A stretch of 63,711 nt of DNA, filler included, from Reclinomonas americana ATCC 50394 (taxonomy: Eukaryota), in the NCBI GenBank assembly GCA_048213135.1. It is 13 parts of 13 records of this genome, joined end to end, with 100 filler letters (N's around TTAATTAATTAA, not from the genome) between each part and the next. Parts side by side here need not be neighbours in the genome. Positions count along the whole stretch, not along the records: positions 1 to 3,027 come from AFZH01022614.1; positions 3,128 to 4,943 come from AFZH01022616.1; positions 5,044 to 8,485 come from AFZH01022618.1; positions 8,586 to 14,118 come from AFZH01022619.1; 9 more parts are not named here. The stretch is one strand, 5' to 3'. Positions 1-14,218 of this stretch are shown piece after piece. A model generated the notes under the pieces. That model was given only the letters and a program-made list of their open reading frames with translations. It was not told where the DNA came from and did no database searches. A program made the translations under genes and the position numbers. Each line of letters begins with the position of its first letter. Within the stretch, counting starts at the first letter, position 1.

Positions 1-4
1 GAAG

Positions 5-451
5 ATGAGTAGCACCTCCGTGGCCCCGTCCAAAGAGGAGGAGAAGCACGACACACGAGTGGAGGCCGCCCAGGCGCAACCGAGTCTGACGTCGCTGCTG
101 TCGACTCCTGGTCTCGGTCACCCGCACCCGCTGCCTGGAGGCGCCGAGTCGCACATTGGGCGCATTCACGGCACCGATATGGGACCGGGGATCGCCGATA
201 TGTACGGCACTCCGATCACACAGGTGCAGGAGCAACAGTCAGACGATCAGCAGCAACAGCAACAGGAGGGCGGCGGCGGCGATGACATGCGCGCCACTCT
301 TGGCACACAGCACATCACCGGCGGGCACTCTGTGGACAACGCGGTTATGAACAAAGCCGCCCTCTTCCAACAGTCGGGCGGTGGTGGCAACCCACTGGCG
401 CACGTGGTGAGTGGCGACGGGCGCGGCGGTGCTCAGCCATACATCACGTGA
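5..451 (+). CDS. Small intronless Gly/Gln-rich hydrophilic (hydrophilin/IDP-like) protein, 148 aa
   Basis: ATG in purine-rich context (AAGATG), high-GC3 codons, no Cys/Trp, poly-Q then GGGGDDMRATLG motif. Confidence 0.6.
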   Translation: MSSTSVAPSKEEEKHDTRVEAAQAQPSLTSLLSTPGLGHPHPLPGGAESHIGRIHGTDMGPGIADMYGTPITQVQEQQSDDQQQQQQEGGGGDDMRATLGTQHITGGHSVDNAVMNKAALFQQSGGGGNPLAHVVSGDGRGGAQPYIT

Positions 452-611
452 GGATTCCGAACAGAATCTCTGAATCTGCACATGAAACTGGTGAAGGGAG
501 TGAAGAATGAAGGAGTCTTTGCGTAAACGATTCCCTTGACCCTTGACAGGATCACAGTCAACATCTGCACGCAAGAGAGAGAGGGGAGAACCGTACATCA
601 ACACACTGACA

Positions 612-1067
612 ATGCAGCAAGGACAAGAGACAACTCAGACGGGACGCGACCGCGGTGGCAAGATGCAGCAGCAACAGAAGCAGCAGGGCAGTGATGTCCG
701 CGGCACCTTCGGCCCCACCACCACCACTGGCCTCGGCGGCTCTGAAATCGCCACTGGTGGTGGTGGCGGCGGTGGCCTCGACAACCCATCGGTGCCCACC
801 AGTGGCATGCGTGAGCGCAGCTCGGAGACCGGTCGCAAGCCGGGCACCGAATTCAAAGATCCGTCGACGCGTGGCGCATTCCAAGAGGCCGCTGGCAGCG
901 ACCCACGTGCCGTGTCCGGACAGGATCCCGGCTCGAAAGAGTGGGGCACGACTGGCGGCAGTGGTGTGAGCGTGCCGCAGACGGCTGGCTCCACGGGCAC
1001 CACAAGTGGCATGGGTGTCGGCACGGGCACGGGAGGAGCCGGCGGTGGTGGCAACCTGGGCCTCTGA
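612..1067 (+). CDS. Small intronless Gly/Thr/Gln-rich hydrophilic protein (~151 aa)
   Basis: ACAATG start (MQQGQETT...), QQQQKQQGSDVRGTFG resembles the motif in the upstream ORF, very Gly-rich. Confidence 0.6.
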   Translation: MQQGQETTQTGRDRGGKMQQQQKQQGSDVRGTFGPTTTTGLGGSEIATGGGGGGGLDNPSVPTSGMRERSSETGRKPGTEFKDPSTRGAFQEAAGSDPRAVSGQDPGSKEWGTTGGSGVSVPQTAGSTGTTSGMGVGTGTGGAGGGGNLGL

Positions 1068-1193
1068 AGAAGCCCACACACTGATACAAGTCCACGTAAA
1101 AAAAATAGAAGGTGAATGAAGAACCCCGACAACTCATACTGCTGGGACAAGTTGTTGTCGTTGTTTTACCGCACAACAATCGCACGCACGCAC

Positions 1194-1361
1194 ATGCAAA
1201 GCGAGGTCCCAGTGCAAGAGACTGTTGGCGAGCAGTCGGAGGGCACTGATGTGGTGCGGGAATATGGAGGCGGTTCTGGAGGAAACAGTGCCGCCACCCA
1301 CGACCGAGATCGCGAGGCGCATGCACAAGCAACATCACCGGAGCAGCAGCAGGAGTTTTGA
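1194..1361 (+). CDS. Small acidic hydrophilic peptide (~55 aa)
   Basis: MQSEVPVQETVGEQSEG...QQQEF; composition like neighbours; alternative upstream ATG at 1116. Confidence 0.4.
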   Translation: MQSEVPVQETVGEQSEGTDVVREYGGGSGGNSAATHDRDREAHAQATSPEQQQEF

Positions 1362-1575
1362 TTGCTGCGTTGTACGTTGAGTGCGACGGGAAGGAGGAGT
1401 GAAAGATCATCGAGTGTACGAAAGGGCGTAATATGGTGGGAAGCAATGGTGTGGTGAGAGGAGCACAAACCTCAAGTGGTGAGTGTTGGGGGAGCGCCTC
1501 TGGTCGTCGCGACAGCGCCATCTCGAGTATTTCTTCCGGCTGACACAACATAGAATTGCACGAGCAAGATAAGAG

Positions 1576-2034
1576 ATGGAAAAGGGACACCCGACAACTG
1601 TGAAAGACGGCGAGCGACTCGGTCTGGTGGGCCGCACGCCGCGACGGGACCCCGCTGACCTGAAGCATCACTCACACACCGAGCCGATGTTGCTGCAACG
1701 ACGCACGAATCAGCGCGAGTTCACCCAGGCACTGGCGCGAGACCCGACCGGCAACATGGAGGAGGACTCGTTCAAGCACAGCGCATCGGAGCAGGTGTAC
1801 GATGCGCTGCTGGCCATGGAGGCCGCAGAGCCGATCAGCAAGATGGTGGTACCGGCAAGTGTTCCCCGCAGTGCGCTGCGCCGCCGTCGAAAGCCGACAA
1901 AATCGGCGGCGTCGGCGGCCACTACCGTTGCGAGCACGACAGGGGAGACCGCGGCCGGTGACAACAAGGAAGCCGCTGACGACGAGGTCGACCAGAACAC
2001 GGAGAGAGTGGCGGCGGGGGTGACACGTGAGTGA
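1576..2034 (+). CDS. Small intronless hypothetical protein, 152 aa
   Basis: AAGAGATG start, high-GC3 codons, basic RRRRKP patch. Confidence 0.55.
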   Translation: MEKGHPTTVKDGERLGLVGRTPRRDPADLKHHSHTEPMLLQRRTNQREFTQALARDPTGNMEEDSFKHSASEQVYDALLAMEAAEPISKMVVPASVPRSALRRRRKPTKSAASAATTVASTTGETAAGDNKEAADDEVDQNTERVAAGVTRE

Positions 2035-2132
2035 GCATTTGATGCACATGGGAAGAAGCAGGGGAATTGATTCGCTGGTATGGTCAAGCTGGCAAGTCTG
2101 TAGGGGAATAAAATACAGAGCAGTGAGAGAGA

Positions 2133-2351
2133 ATGGAGAAGCACGAAGATTCTCTTGTGTCGCCGCACGTGGCCAAAGTGTACGAGAAGGTGCTGAAGGA
2201 GACGGAAACGAAATCCATCGGGCCGGTCGCCGAGGAGCCACTCGGTTTTCAGCCGCTGTCCCTCGCCAAGTCCGCCCCTGCCGACATTGATCCACTGAAG
2301 GCCCAACTGGCACCGGGCAGTGTCGGTGGCCAGGAGGAGGCCTTCAAGTAG
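2133..2351 (+). CDS. Small intronless hypothetical protein, 72 aa
   Basis: GAGAATG start, high-GC3 codons. Confidence 0.5.
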   Translation: MEKHEDSLVSPHVAKVYEKVLKETETKSIGPVAEEPLGFQPLSLAKSAPADIDPLKAQLAPGSVGGQEEAFK

Positions 2352-2524
2352 ACCGCAAGGCCGCGTCGGTTTCGCGAGAATCGATTCCTTCGCGTCACTT
2401 TCGTGGTTGTGCTGTAAAGTCGTTTATCTTTTCTTGCACCTGTCGGGAGAGCAGACATCGTTCAGTACGCGTTTATCACACGAAACACGAGGAGAACGGC
2501 ATTGGAGTGAACGAACCTTAGACA

Positions 2525-2834
2525 ATGTTCCGCAACCTGAACCAGCTGGGCGTCGGCGACGCAAACACCAAGGCGAAGAAGCGCGACGACAATGGCGACG
2601 ACAAGCAACGCAACATCGACAACAACGAGTCGGGCACCGTCGACCGCGACGACTGGCGCAAGAACGGGCGCGGTAGTGAGGGTGAGCGCACGCAATAAAA
2701 TATATATCTGTGTCGAAGAAGGCGTCTTCATTTGCGCCGCCTCTCTCGCTCATCGCTTGACAGTGGCGACCGACACTGTCTGCGTGCCTGGCCGTGATAA
2801 AATCTGCAGCTGTCGCCTCCCGCGTCGCAAGTAG
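2525..2834 (+). CDS. Small intron-containing protein with an EF-hand-like loop (3' end uncertain)
   Basis: Not in ORF track: MFRNLNQLG...NIDNNESGTVDRDDWRK (DxNxSGxVDxxD), followed by a G|GTGAGC donor; downstream exon frame ambiguous. Confidence 0.35.
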
Positions 2835-2940
2835 TGCTCAATGAGCTCGACATCGCGTCGCGCATGCAAATCGCGATATTGCGCGAACTGATCGCGCACG
2901 TACACGAGCAGTGGCGCGGGTAAAGGAGAGCCGAACTGGC

Positions 2941-2942
<2 letters not shown>

Positions 2943-3004
<62 letters not shown>
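2943..3004. repeat. (TG)n(GA)n microsatellite
   Basis: Read directly; near contig end. Confidence 0.95.
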
Positions 3005-3007
<3 letters not shown>

Positions 3008-3027
3008 CTCCACGCAGTCATGAGAAG

Positions 3028-3127
3028 NNNNNNNNNNNNNNNNNNNNNNNNNNNNNNNNNNNNNNNNNNNNTTAATTAATTAANNNNNNNNNNNNNNNNN
3101 NNNNNNNNNNNNNNNNNNNNNNNNNNN
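3028..3127. other. Artificial contig spacer; identical spacers at 4944, 8486, 14119, 18550, 21933, 34467, 40756, 48356, 53038, 59800, 62392
   Basis: 44 N + TTAATTAATTAA (stops in all six frames) + 44 N, 12 copies. Confidence 0.98.
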
Positions 3128-4698
3128 TCCTCCTGCTCTTGTGCCTCCTCCTCTTGCTCCTCCTCCTCTTCTTCCTCTCCGTCATCTTCTTCCTCTCCAT
3201 CTTGCTCCTCCTCTTCTGCAGCTTGTGCTACAGCAACCATGCACAGACAAGTCAAGGAGGAAAAGCTTGTGAGCACGACGACAAATCTGCATGACAACAG
3301 CAGCGCTGCTTGCAACTCACCCCCAGCTGCCCGCACGCGTCGTGGCGGCGCGTTGGAGCACAGATAATGCACAAGTGCAACCACCGATCGAACACGGTCA
3401 CTTCCTCGAGTTGGCAACATCCCGGCCTCGCGCTCGCCGACTGATCCGCGGGCAGCAGGACCAGCTGCAGGGAACTGCTCGACAAGCTCGTCAAAGGGTT
3501 GTCGGACGCCAAAGCCGACCATGAACGCGTCCAATTCTGCGGCATACACGGCAGCTCGCTCTTCGGCAGCGACACCACCGCTTCCGCCATGTCGACGACG
3601 AATGGTGAGGCACTGAAGGTACCGCACGAATCGCGTCCACACTTGCTGAGCGTCACAAGTTGCGTTAAAGGTCGGATGAATCGTGTTCTGAATCGCACAA
3701 CATGCACAGTCAGTCACAATACCCCAACGTTCAAGCACGAGACGCAACAGCAACCGACCAGCAGATCGCGCTCAACATCGTGCAAATCCTGTTCTCCGAG
3801 CAGAATGAGCACTTTCGTTAGAGGCGGTCGGCTCTCGGCGTTGCCGTCTTTGTCGCCAGCAGCGACGGGGGCGGGGGCGGCAGCAGTGGCGGCGGCAGCA
3901 GGGGCGGCAGCAGTGGATGCGACAGCAGCTGCCGAGTCGACATGTACGTCGGTAACGCGAAGTTTGCAACTGAAGCCCTTCTGCTTCTTCGCGCCCTTCT
4001 GTTTTTTCGCCTTAATTCGCACAGTTGGCGGCGTGCCGCGCTCGGCACCGCGTGCGACTGCGCGCCCCTGCGTGTGCTCCGCACCAAGCGATGACTGCGA
4101 AATACTATTGGAGAACACTCGCACGCCATGTAGATGTGCGTTGGAGACACTGCACAATTGCGCAACACAACAGAAAACAGTGAGAAATCAAAACCGTTCA
4201 ATTAATGCACTGCATCGTAGTACGCAACAGCAGCCTGCCATTGTCACCAATGTGGAGAGCGACAAGGAGGTAGCGACCACGGCTATTCCTCGCGAGGAAA
4301 TGCGCCGCGTCAGCCCCACCATCGAAAATAAACCCTCCCAAAGTAATGCTGTACATGGAATGCACAGTCAGACTCTCCACAGCGTGAAGAGCACACATCG
4401 ACGCATCACGATCCCCTCGCGCACCGCACAGAATCGTCGGTGCCGCTCTTTCCGGGGCCGGGAGAGAACGTGACTGCTTTCTCATCAATACGTATTTTGA
4501 CGCGCCGAGGAGTGCCTGGAAAGTTAGTGAGCCCGACTGACACACTGTGTGTGTCAAGTTGGTGAGAATGGGGCAAATGGAAATGCGCTGCGCTAACCAA
4601 TTGCAAGCGTACCCCTTCGATCCTTTCTTCTTGTTTCGCGCGTTGGTTGCGGCTGTCTTGGCAGCAGCACGGCATTCCACTCCAATTTGGTAGACCAT
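3128..4698 (-). CDS. Hypothetical multi-exon protein, acidic tract at truncated 3' end
   Basis: Successive minus-strand ORF segments separated by GT..AG stretches; no recognised domain. Confidence 0.4.
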
Positions 4699-5173
4699 TA
4701 GTTTTATAGCCGTCGGTGTGATCTTCGCGACCGCGACAGGCGACTCGCTGCACGATGCATGAGTCAGAGTGAGAAGAGTTGGACAATGCAAGAAAGCCAC
4801 AAACACTCTCTCACGCTCTTTTCATCCTCTTCCCAGGCATGCAGCAGAGAGTAAATGTTGATATCCAGAAGCGTGGTTGAAGAGATCTAGAACAAAACAA
4901 AGTGACGAGAGAGAGAGAGAGAGAGACATAGAGAGGGAGAGGGNNNNNNNNNNNNNNNNNNNNNNNNNNNNNNNNNNNNNNNNNNNNTTAATTAATTAAN
5001 NNNNNNNNNNNNNNNNNNNNNNNNNNNNNNNNNNNNNNNNNNNAGTCACGACGATGCAAGAGTGGATGATAAAATAAAACCAAAAAAGCGAAAGAAACCC
5101 CTTTAGTGAACAGAAAAAGCACACTACAACCATGCCACCGCCACCCACACCACACCACACCACACTGCGGTGT

Positions 5174-8100
5174 TTAGAAGGCGAACGCCAGCAGCGCGGC
5201 AATGGCCATCAGCACCACAGTCCACAGCGACGAGGTCGCGGCGAAACCGGCACCACCGGTCGTCGACACACGCAGGTTGGCCGACGGGATCGACTGGCCG
5301 AACGAGTTGATGGCGCGCACATTCACCACGTACGGCGTGCCCGGCTGCAGGTTCGCCTGAGTGAACGTGTAGTTGGCACGCGACGACGACGTCGAGTCGG
5401 TGGCGTTCTTGTAGCCGATCACCACGTTGCCGCCGTTCTCCGGGAACGTCTGGATCTGGTAGCTGGTGATCAGGCCGAGACCAGTGTACACCGGGGTGGA
5501 GAAGTTGATGGTGATCGAGGTGTTGGTGTTGGTGCCCTGAGTCGGGGCGGCCGGAGCGGCAGCCTGGCCCGTCTGGGTCAGAGCGCCCTGAGTCGGCGTG
5601 CCAATGTTCCTGTTGGCGGTGCCCTGCGAGCCCTGGCCGAGGCCGACCGTGTTGCCACCGATCAGCACCATGCGGTAGCGCGACGACGGCTTGATCGTCT
5701 GGAACAGCTGCACGCAAGTGCCGGCAATGGCCGGGTTGGTGCCGCTGCCGAGCACAGCAGTGTTCATGCCCAGGCCGTCAGCGGCGGCCGGGTTGCCAGT
5801 CGACGCCAGGAAGCGCGTCGTCCACTGCCAGTACACCAGGTAGTAGGTGGCGGCCGCAGTCGTGCCCGAGCCCACCGCAGTCCACGACACGCGGTACTCG
5901 TTGGCGGCGTAGAAGTCCAGCGACGGAGTGCCAGCAGCCGGCACAATGCCAGTCGTGGTCACCGGCGACGCCTGAATGTAGATCGACAACGAGTTGTTGC
6001 CCGTGCCAATCGAGTTGGTCGCGTTGAGGAAGAAGCGGTAGAAGTTGCCGTTCACCACCGTCACAGACGCCGTGGTGTCGGTGGCACCCAACGCCACACC
6101 CGGGCTTGTAGTCGTAGCCGACGCACCAGTCAGCGACTGGCCAGAGATGGCAGTCGACGCGCCAGTGGCGGTCGTCCACGAGAACGCAATCGCCGTGCCA
6201 GTGTTGCTGGTAGCCGCAAAGTTGGTCTGGTCGTTCGGCACCTGGCCCGTCAGCACGTTGTTGTTGAGGCCGTTGCCGAGGATGCCGTCGCCGAAGGTGG
6301 CCTGAGTGGTCGACGTGCCAATGCCGTTGATGCCGCGCACGTCGATGAAGTAGTTGGTGGCGTCGGTGAGGCCGCGGATCACAGCCTGCTGCACCGAGGT
6401 GGTGTTCTGGGTCAGCGTGCTGGCCGTAGCCGCGCGCCACGACACCTGCCACTGGTTCACGAACCCCTGGCCGCCAGTCTCCTGCGGCTGTCCCCAGCTG
6501 AGCCAGATCGAGGTCGAACGCTTGAGCAGAAGGTTCGACGACAGCGACGTGATGCCGCTCGGGCGCTGCGGCGACGTGGCCGTGGTGATAGTGATGGCCG
6601 ACGCAGACCAGGCAGTCTGGAAGCCGTTGAACGACGCCACGCCAATGCGGTACTTGGTGTTGGAGGTCAGGCCGTTCACCAGCAGCGACGATCGCGAGGT
6701 GGTCGAGCCGAGCGAGCCAGTGAGCTGGGTCACAAAGTTGTCCGGCACGTAGGTGGTCGAGGTGACGTTGTTCAGGTCCTGCACCAGCACCTGCGCGCCG
6801 ACAAAGTTCGCGAAGCCGTCCGAGGTGGCCAGCGAGTACTGCGTGCCCGACACAGTCGACGGGGTCGACAGCGTGAAGGTGGCGTAGCCGGAGCCAGTCG
6901 TGCCAGCCGAGCCGCCAGTGGTCAGAGCCGGCAGCGGGTACGGGCGCACAATCGAGTTGGCAATCTGCGACAGAGTGCCCGACTGAGCACCGTTCTGCGT
7001 CGAGGTCACACCAGAGTCCGAGCGGGTGTTGGTGGCCTGCACGGCGTAGGTGTACGACTTGCCCGGAATGGTCGGGAACGAGAAGTTGGTGGTCGTGGTC
7101 GTCCACGTGTACGTGCGGTTGCAGTTGCTGGTGTTCTGCGTCACAACGTAGCCGTTGATCGAGGTGCCACCAATGCCAATCGGCGACGCCCACGAGATGC
7201 TGGTGATGGTGTCCTGGTAGCAGTTGCCAGAGAAGCCCACACCGAGGGTACCAGCCACAGCAGCGCAGCCGGCGCTCGAGTTGGTGCCCTGCGAGTTGGC
7301 CAGGCCGCCAATAAGCGTCGGGGCGGCCGGGGCAATCGGTGCGTCATCTGTGTGGTGGGGGAGAAGGGAAGCGGTGGATGAGATACTGACATTCAAAAGA
7401 AGCAGATGGTTCCGTGTCTATCTCCCCCTATCCCCTCCCCTCTCCTCTTTCTTTCCCCCTTTCACGCAACTGGTGTTGTGAGTGGTCTGAGTGATCGGAC
7501 CAGCAGCCGTGGCCGAGTTGGTCGACGTGGCGGTGGCGTACACCTGGTACGTGTACGACGTGTTGGCCGTCAGCGTCGTGTCGGCAGTGTAAGCGGCGGT
7601 CAGCGCCCAGCCAGCCGGCAGGTTCACCGTGCCCACAGACACCGGGGTCGCGCTGCCCTGGCCGCGGAAGATCGTGAACACCGTCACCGAGTTGGTGCCA
7701 AAGTTCTGCGGAATCGTCCACTGCAGGAAGATGTTGGTCAGGCCGTACTGCGTCACCACCAGGCTGGTCGGCGGGTTCGGCGCGACGCCGGTGGCAGCCG
7801 GAGTGGTGAAGTTGATCGACGAGCTGAACACGCACGTCACCGGGTTGGCGGCAGTGCCAGCCGGGTTGAAGGGCGACGTCGGGAAGGCAATCGAGAACTG
7901 GTTGCTGGCGCAGATCTGCAGGTTGACCGAGGTGCCAGCCGGCAGGCCAGTCACGTCAATGTAGTAGGTCGACAGGTTGTTGCTCCACGACGCCGCAGCG
8001 CCAGTGCCGTTGGTGGACGGGATGGAGCTGGTGTCAATGTTGACGGCAGAGCCGGCAGTGGCAGCAGTCACCGACGAGGCGCTGGTGGTCGAGTGTACCA

Positions 8101-8485
8101 CACGGTAGGCGCTCAAGTTTGGAGTCGGCGTCGTCACGTTGCCCTGAGTGGCGCTCGAGGTGGCAGTGTTGGAGCCGCCGACGCTGATCGGGGTCGAGAA
8201 GTTGAGGCGCACGCCAGTCGAGAACAGGCGCGAGTACGCCACGTTGGTGGGCGCAGCCGGCACAGAGCCGTTGTTGTCGGTGGTGGCCTGGATGGAGCCG
8301 GCCGCCGAGGCAGTGGTGTTGTTGTTCACAGTGACGCGGATCTTGGTCGTGTACTGCGTGGCAGCCACAAAGTTGTTGGTGGTGCCGCTCACAGTGAAGC
8401 CGGTGATCTGCTGGTAGAAGCCAGAGTTGTACGAGAACAGGCCGAAGAACGAGGTGGCGATGGTGCCAGCGCCAGTCGCACCGGT
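5174..8485 (-). CDS. Fibronectin type III repeat surface glycoprotein with GPI-anchor-like C-terminus (5' truncated; intron 7348-7470)
   Basis: About 8 FN3-like units (PAAPTNV, LQWTIPQ, ISWASP..GY, LTDATNYFIDVRGINGIG, LQPGTPYVVNVRAINSFG); Thr/Ser/Asn-rich; ends GAGFAATSSLWTVVLMAIAALLAFAF; strong codon bias. Confidence 0.85.
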
Positions 8486-8799
8486 NNNNNNNNNNNNNNN
8501 NNNNNNNNNNNNNNNNNNNNNNNNNNNNNTTAATTAATTAANNNNNNNNNNNNNNNNNNNNNNNNNNNNNNNNNNNNNNNNNNNNCCGTTGTGTCGATGT
8601 CGACTTCGACAGCGAACTAGGGGTGCAGCTGTACCCCAGCTGGGGCTGCTGGGAAGCACCCCGTCCCCTTCTTTTTCTGGTCGACTGTACCCCGTACCCG
8701 GTGGACAAAAAAGTACTGCACCCCAGCACCCCTGCGCTGCGTGCCCCCCTCAAATATGCAACGGTCAAATTTTTCGAGGCGTCGTGCGAGAGAAAGAGA

Positions 8800-11311
<2,512 letters not shown>

Positions 11312-11662
11312 AACGTCATCTCTCTGTCTGTGTTCTCTCAATCACTCAATATCCTCTCCTTTTACACACGCGCACACGACACACTCACAAGACAGCGACC
11401 AAAAAGAACCAGTTGCACGCACAGCACACGACAATATTTTCGACAAACATAACACCAACAACACCGACGACAGAGGGGAATGGTCGTGTTGACAACCACA
11501 CACTCAAGTACTCCCTCACGTCGTCAGCCTGTTCCACACAACCACAATAACCCGCATTGCATCGTGCACCATCCGTCACCGGTCCCTCGCCACTCATGAC
11601 TGACATGACCCAACTTCCACCTCTCCTCCTCCTCCACCACCACCTGCTGCTTCCCGCCTGGC

Positions 11663-13061
11663 TTATCCAATGAGAATCTTCGTCTCGTCGAGGAACTTGT
11701 AGGCCGGGATCTCCAGGTTGAACGGAGCCGGGCCCTTGCGGATGCGTCCCGATGTGTCGTAGTGACTGGGAGGGAAGCAGTGAGCACGTGCGGTGCGGTG
11801 TGATGGGAAGGGAAGCAGCAACACAATAAACACACAAACCTGCCGTGGCACGGGCAGAACTGTGTGTGTGTGTGAAGGAAAACAAAATGATCACAATGGG
11901 TGAGCGTCACACTTATCAGAATACATCTCCATCATCACTCACCCAGCCACCAAAGTCACCAGAGCCACCAATGGGCACGCAACCAAGGTGAGTGCACACA
12001 CCGAGGACAATCTGTCGTCGCCACGATTAGTTTTCTATCTGGCGCAGCGACTGGCCACTGCATAGAGAGAAAAACGCACCAGCCACTCGGGCTTGGGGAA
12101 GCGCTCAGCATCAGTTTGCTGGTGGCGCAGTTCAGCGAGCGGAACAGAAGAGGCAGCCTCGATCTCAGCAGGAGTGCGGTGGCGGATGAACACCGGCTTG
12201 CTGCATGACGCGCAGCACGAGGCACATGAGTTACTTCTTCTCCTTCGCACGTTGCAGTTATCCCACTCACCCCCTCCACTTGACAGTCATAGACGAGCCC
12301 TCAGCCAGATTCGCCACATCGACTTCCACAGAGGCCAACGCCAGCACATCAGCCGACGCCGTCATTCTGCAACGACAACCGTCAGTCACAGAGATTGGGA
12401 GACGACGATGCAGAGAGAGACGCAACGTGTAGATAAACTTGAGCACCATGACACGCACAGCAGCCGAGTACACAAAGCGACCAGTGCCGAGCACAAAGTA
12501 CGCAAAGGTGCGCTTTGTCGGATCACCACCACCTGTGCATCAACAGATCAGTCTGCATCATCGTTGTTATGCGCACGTGTGACACACACACACACAGTCG
12601 CAACTCTTCAGGTACGACAGCTGCTGCTCCTTGTTGTAGTAGCCAGTGTCGAGCGAAGGCGCCTGCGTGCTGGTCGCAAAGAATCGCTGACCATCTGAGA
12701 GAGAGCGCGCGCACATGAGGCCAACAGCTCACAACAAGAGCAGACAAGAGAGAAAAGAGACGCAACTGAGCGACGCTGTGAGCACAGGCGACGACGCGTT
12801 CAGTGCACCACGCGGGCGCAGCAAACTGCAACATTGTGCGTGCGTGTGTGAGTGAGCGAGAGAGAGTGCGACATGGAAATGACATGGTGGGGCACACTTT
12901 TGAGCAGACCTCTGTCGCTGCGGCACGGGCACAGGCTCAACATGCGCCGCCTGCGCAGCCAGTGCGGCCGCACCGCGCGCTGCAGGCACGCGGAACGCAG
13001 TGGTGGCCAGACGCGACGCTGAGCCAAACACAGAGCGAACCACTCCTCCAGAGAACACCAT
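11663..13061 (-). CDS. UQCRFS1: Mitochondrial cytochrome bc1 Rieske iron-sulfur subunit, multi-exon, with presequence
   Basis: [77 protein letters not shown]. Confidence 0.96.
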
Positions 13062-13569
13062 GTAAAAACTACGCACATACACACAACACACGACGAGCAG
13101 GTGTCAGTGCACGTGCGGCAGGCACAGCAGGCGAGGTCGGCACACACGCGAACGCACATGTTGTGAAATGATGAAAATTCACTGTCCGCGCGACGTTCTG
13201 CAGGCATTCTCCTGTGCGCGCAGAAAGACTATGCACGCACTCGAGTCGCCAGTGTGTCTGTTTTTGCTGTTGCACGCGCAACTCAAAACGAGAATTTCGC
13301 GCGCGCACAAGACTCGACTTCGACGTCGCAGCTGCTCCACCATTTCAAAAGAATGGAAACGCAGCGCACACTGTGACTATGAAGAGGAAGACAGGGAGAA
13401 GCCGAGGAGGAAGTCTGCGTGAGGCAACCTGCAGTGACTTTCACCGCCCATTCCGCTCATCGGCCAACGCGGACCATTTTTGCCTCACAGTCAAGGGCTA
13501 TTCTCTCTCCCGCTCACTCTCCTTTCTTCTCTTCTCCGCTCTCCTTTTCCCCGCTCTCCAATTTTCCAA

Positions 13570-14018
13570 ATGAGCGCGGCACTTGAGCTGATTCGCCGCA
13601 TGTGGTCACGCGGGCGCTCCTCATCGCCGTCCACACAAGCAACCACTGTCACTGTCGGCACACACGAAGTCGACGAGGAGGAAGAAGAGGAAGAGGAGGA
13701 GGAAGAAGAAGTCGACATTGACGAGGAGGAGGACGATGACATGGTGGACAGCAGTCAGACGGATGATGATGATGATGACGAAGAGCATCCACGGCGTCAC
13801 GCACAACAACAACAGCAGCAACAGCAGCCTCCGCGCACTGTGCGTCGACATCGACATCGTGCCTCTCTTCACCACCATCAGCATCATCATGCGCTTCCAT
13901 TGCCGCCACCCTCGCGTCATCATCACCGCCGGCATGCGGGCAAGCCGCCTCTGCCGCCACCTCTTCCTCCGCCTCCTCCAGTGCCCTCGAAGCCGAGTAT
14001 AGTCGACCTGCGCAAGGT
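13570..14018 (+). CDS. First exon of a low-complexity (acidic, His-, Pro-rich) protein; may continue in the next contig
   Basis: MSAALELIRRMW...KPSIVDLRK then a GT donor before a (TG)n tract. Confidence 0.55.
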
Positions 14019-14024
14019 CTTGTA

Positions 14025-14027
<3 letters not shown>

Positions 14028-14074
<47 letters not shown>
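14028..14074. repeat. (GT)n microsatellite
   Basis: Read directly. Confidence 0.95.
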
Positions 14075-14075
<1 letters not shown>

Positions 14076-14218
14076 CGTGGCGAGGTCGCATCATGACTCA
14101 TACGACTACCACGTGTCANNNNNNNNNNNNNNNNNNNNNNNNNNNNNNNNNNNNNNNNNNNNTTAATTAATTAANNNNNNNNNNNNNNNNNNNNNNNNNN
14201 NNNNNNNNNNNNNNNNNN

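Noticed and set aside
3072..3083. Recurrent TTAATTAATTAA palindrome as a biological repeat or insertion site
   Set aside because: Always centred in identical N-runs; a synthetic six-frame-stop linker
5132..8533. Long + strand ORFs (749 aa, 375 aa) antisense to the FN3 gene
   Set aside because: Arg/Gly-rich shadow frames expected from the extreme codon bias of the real gene
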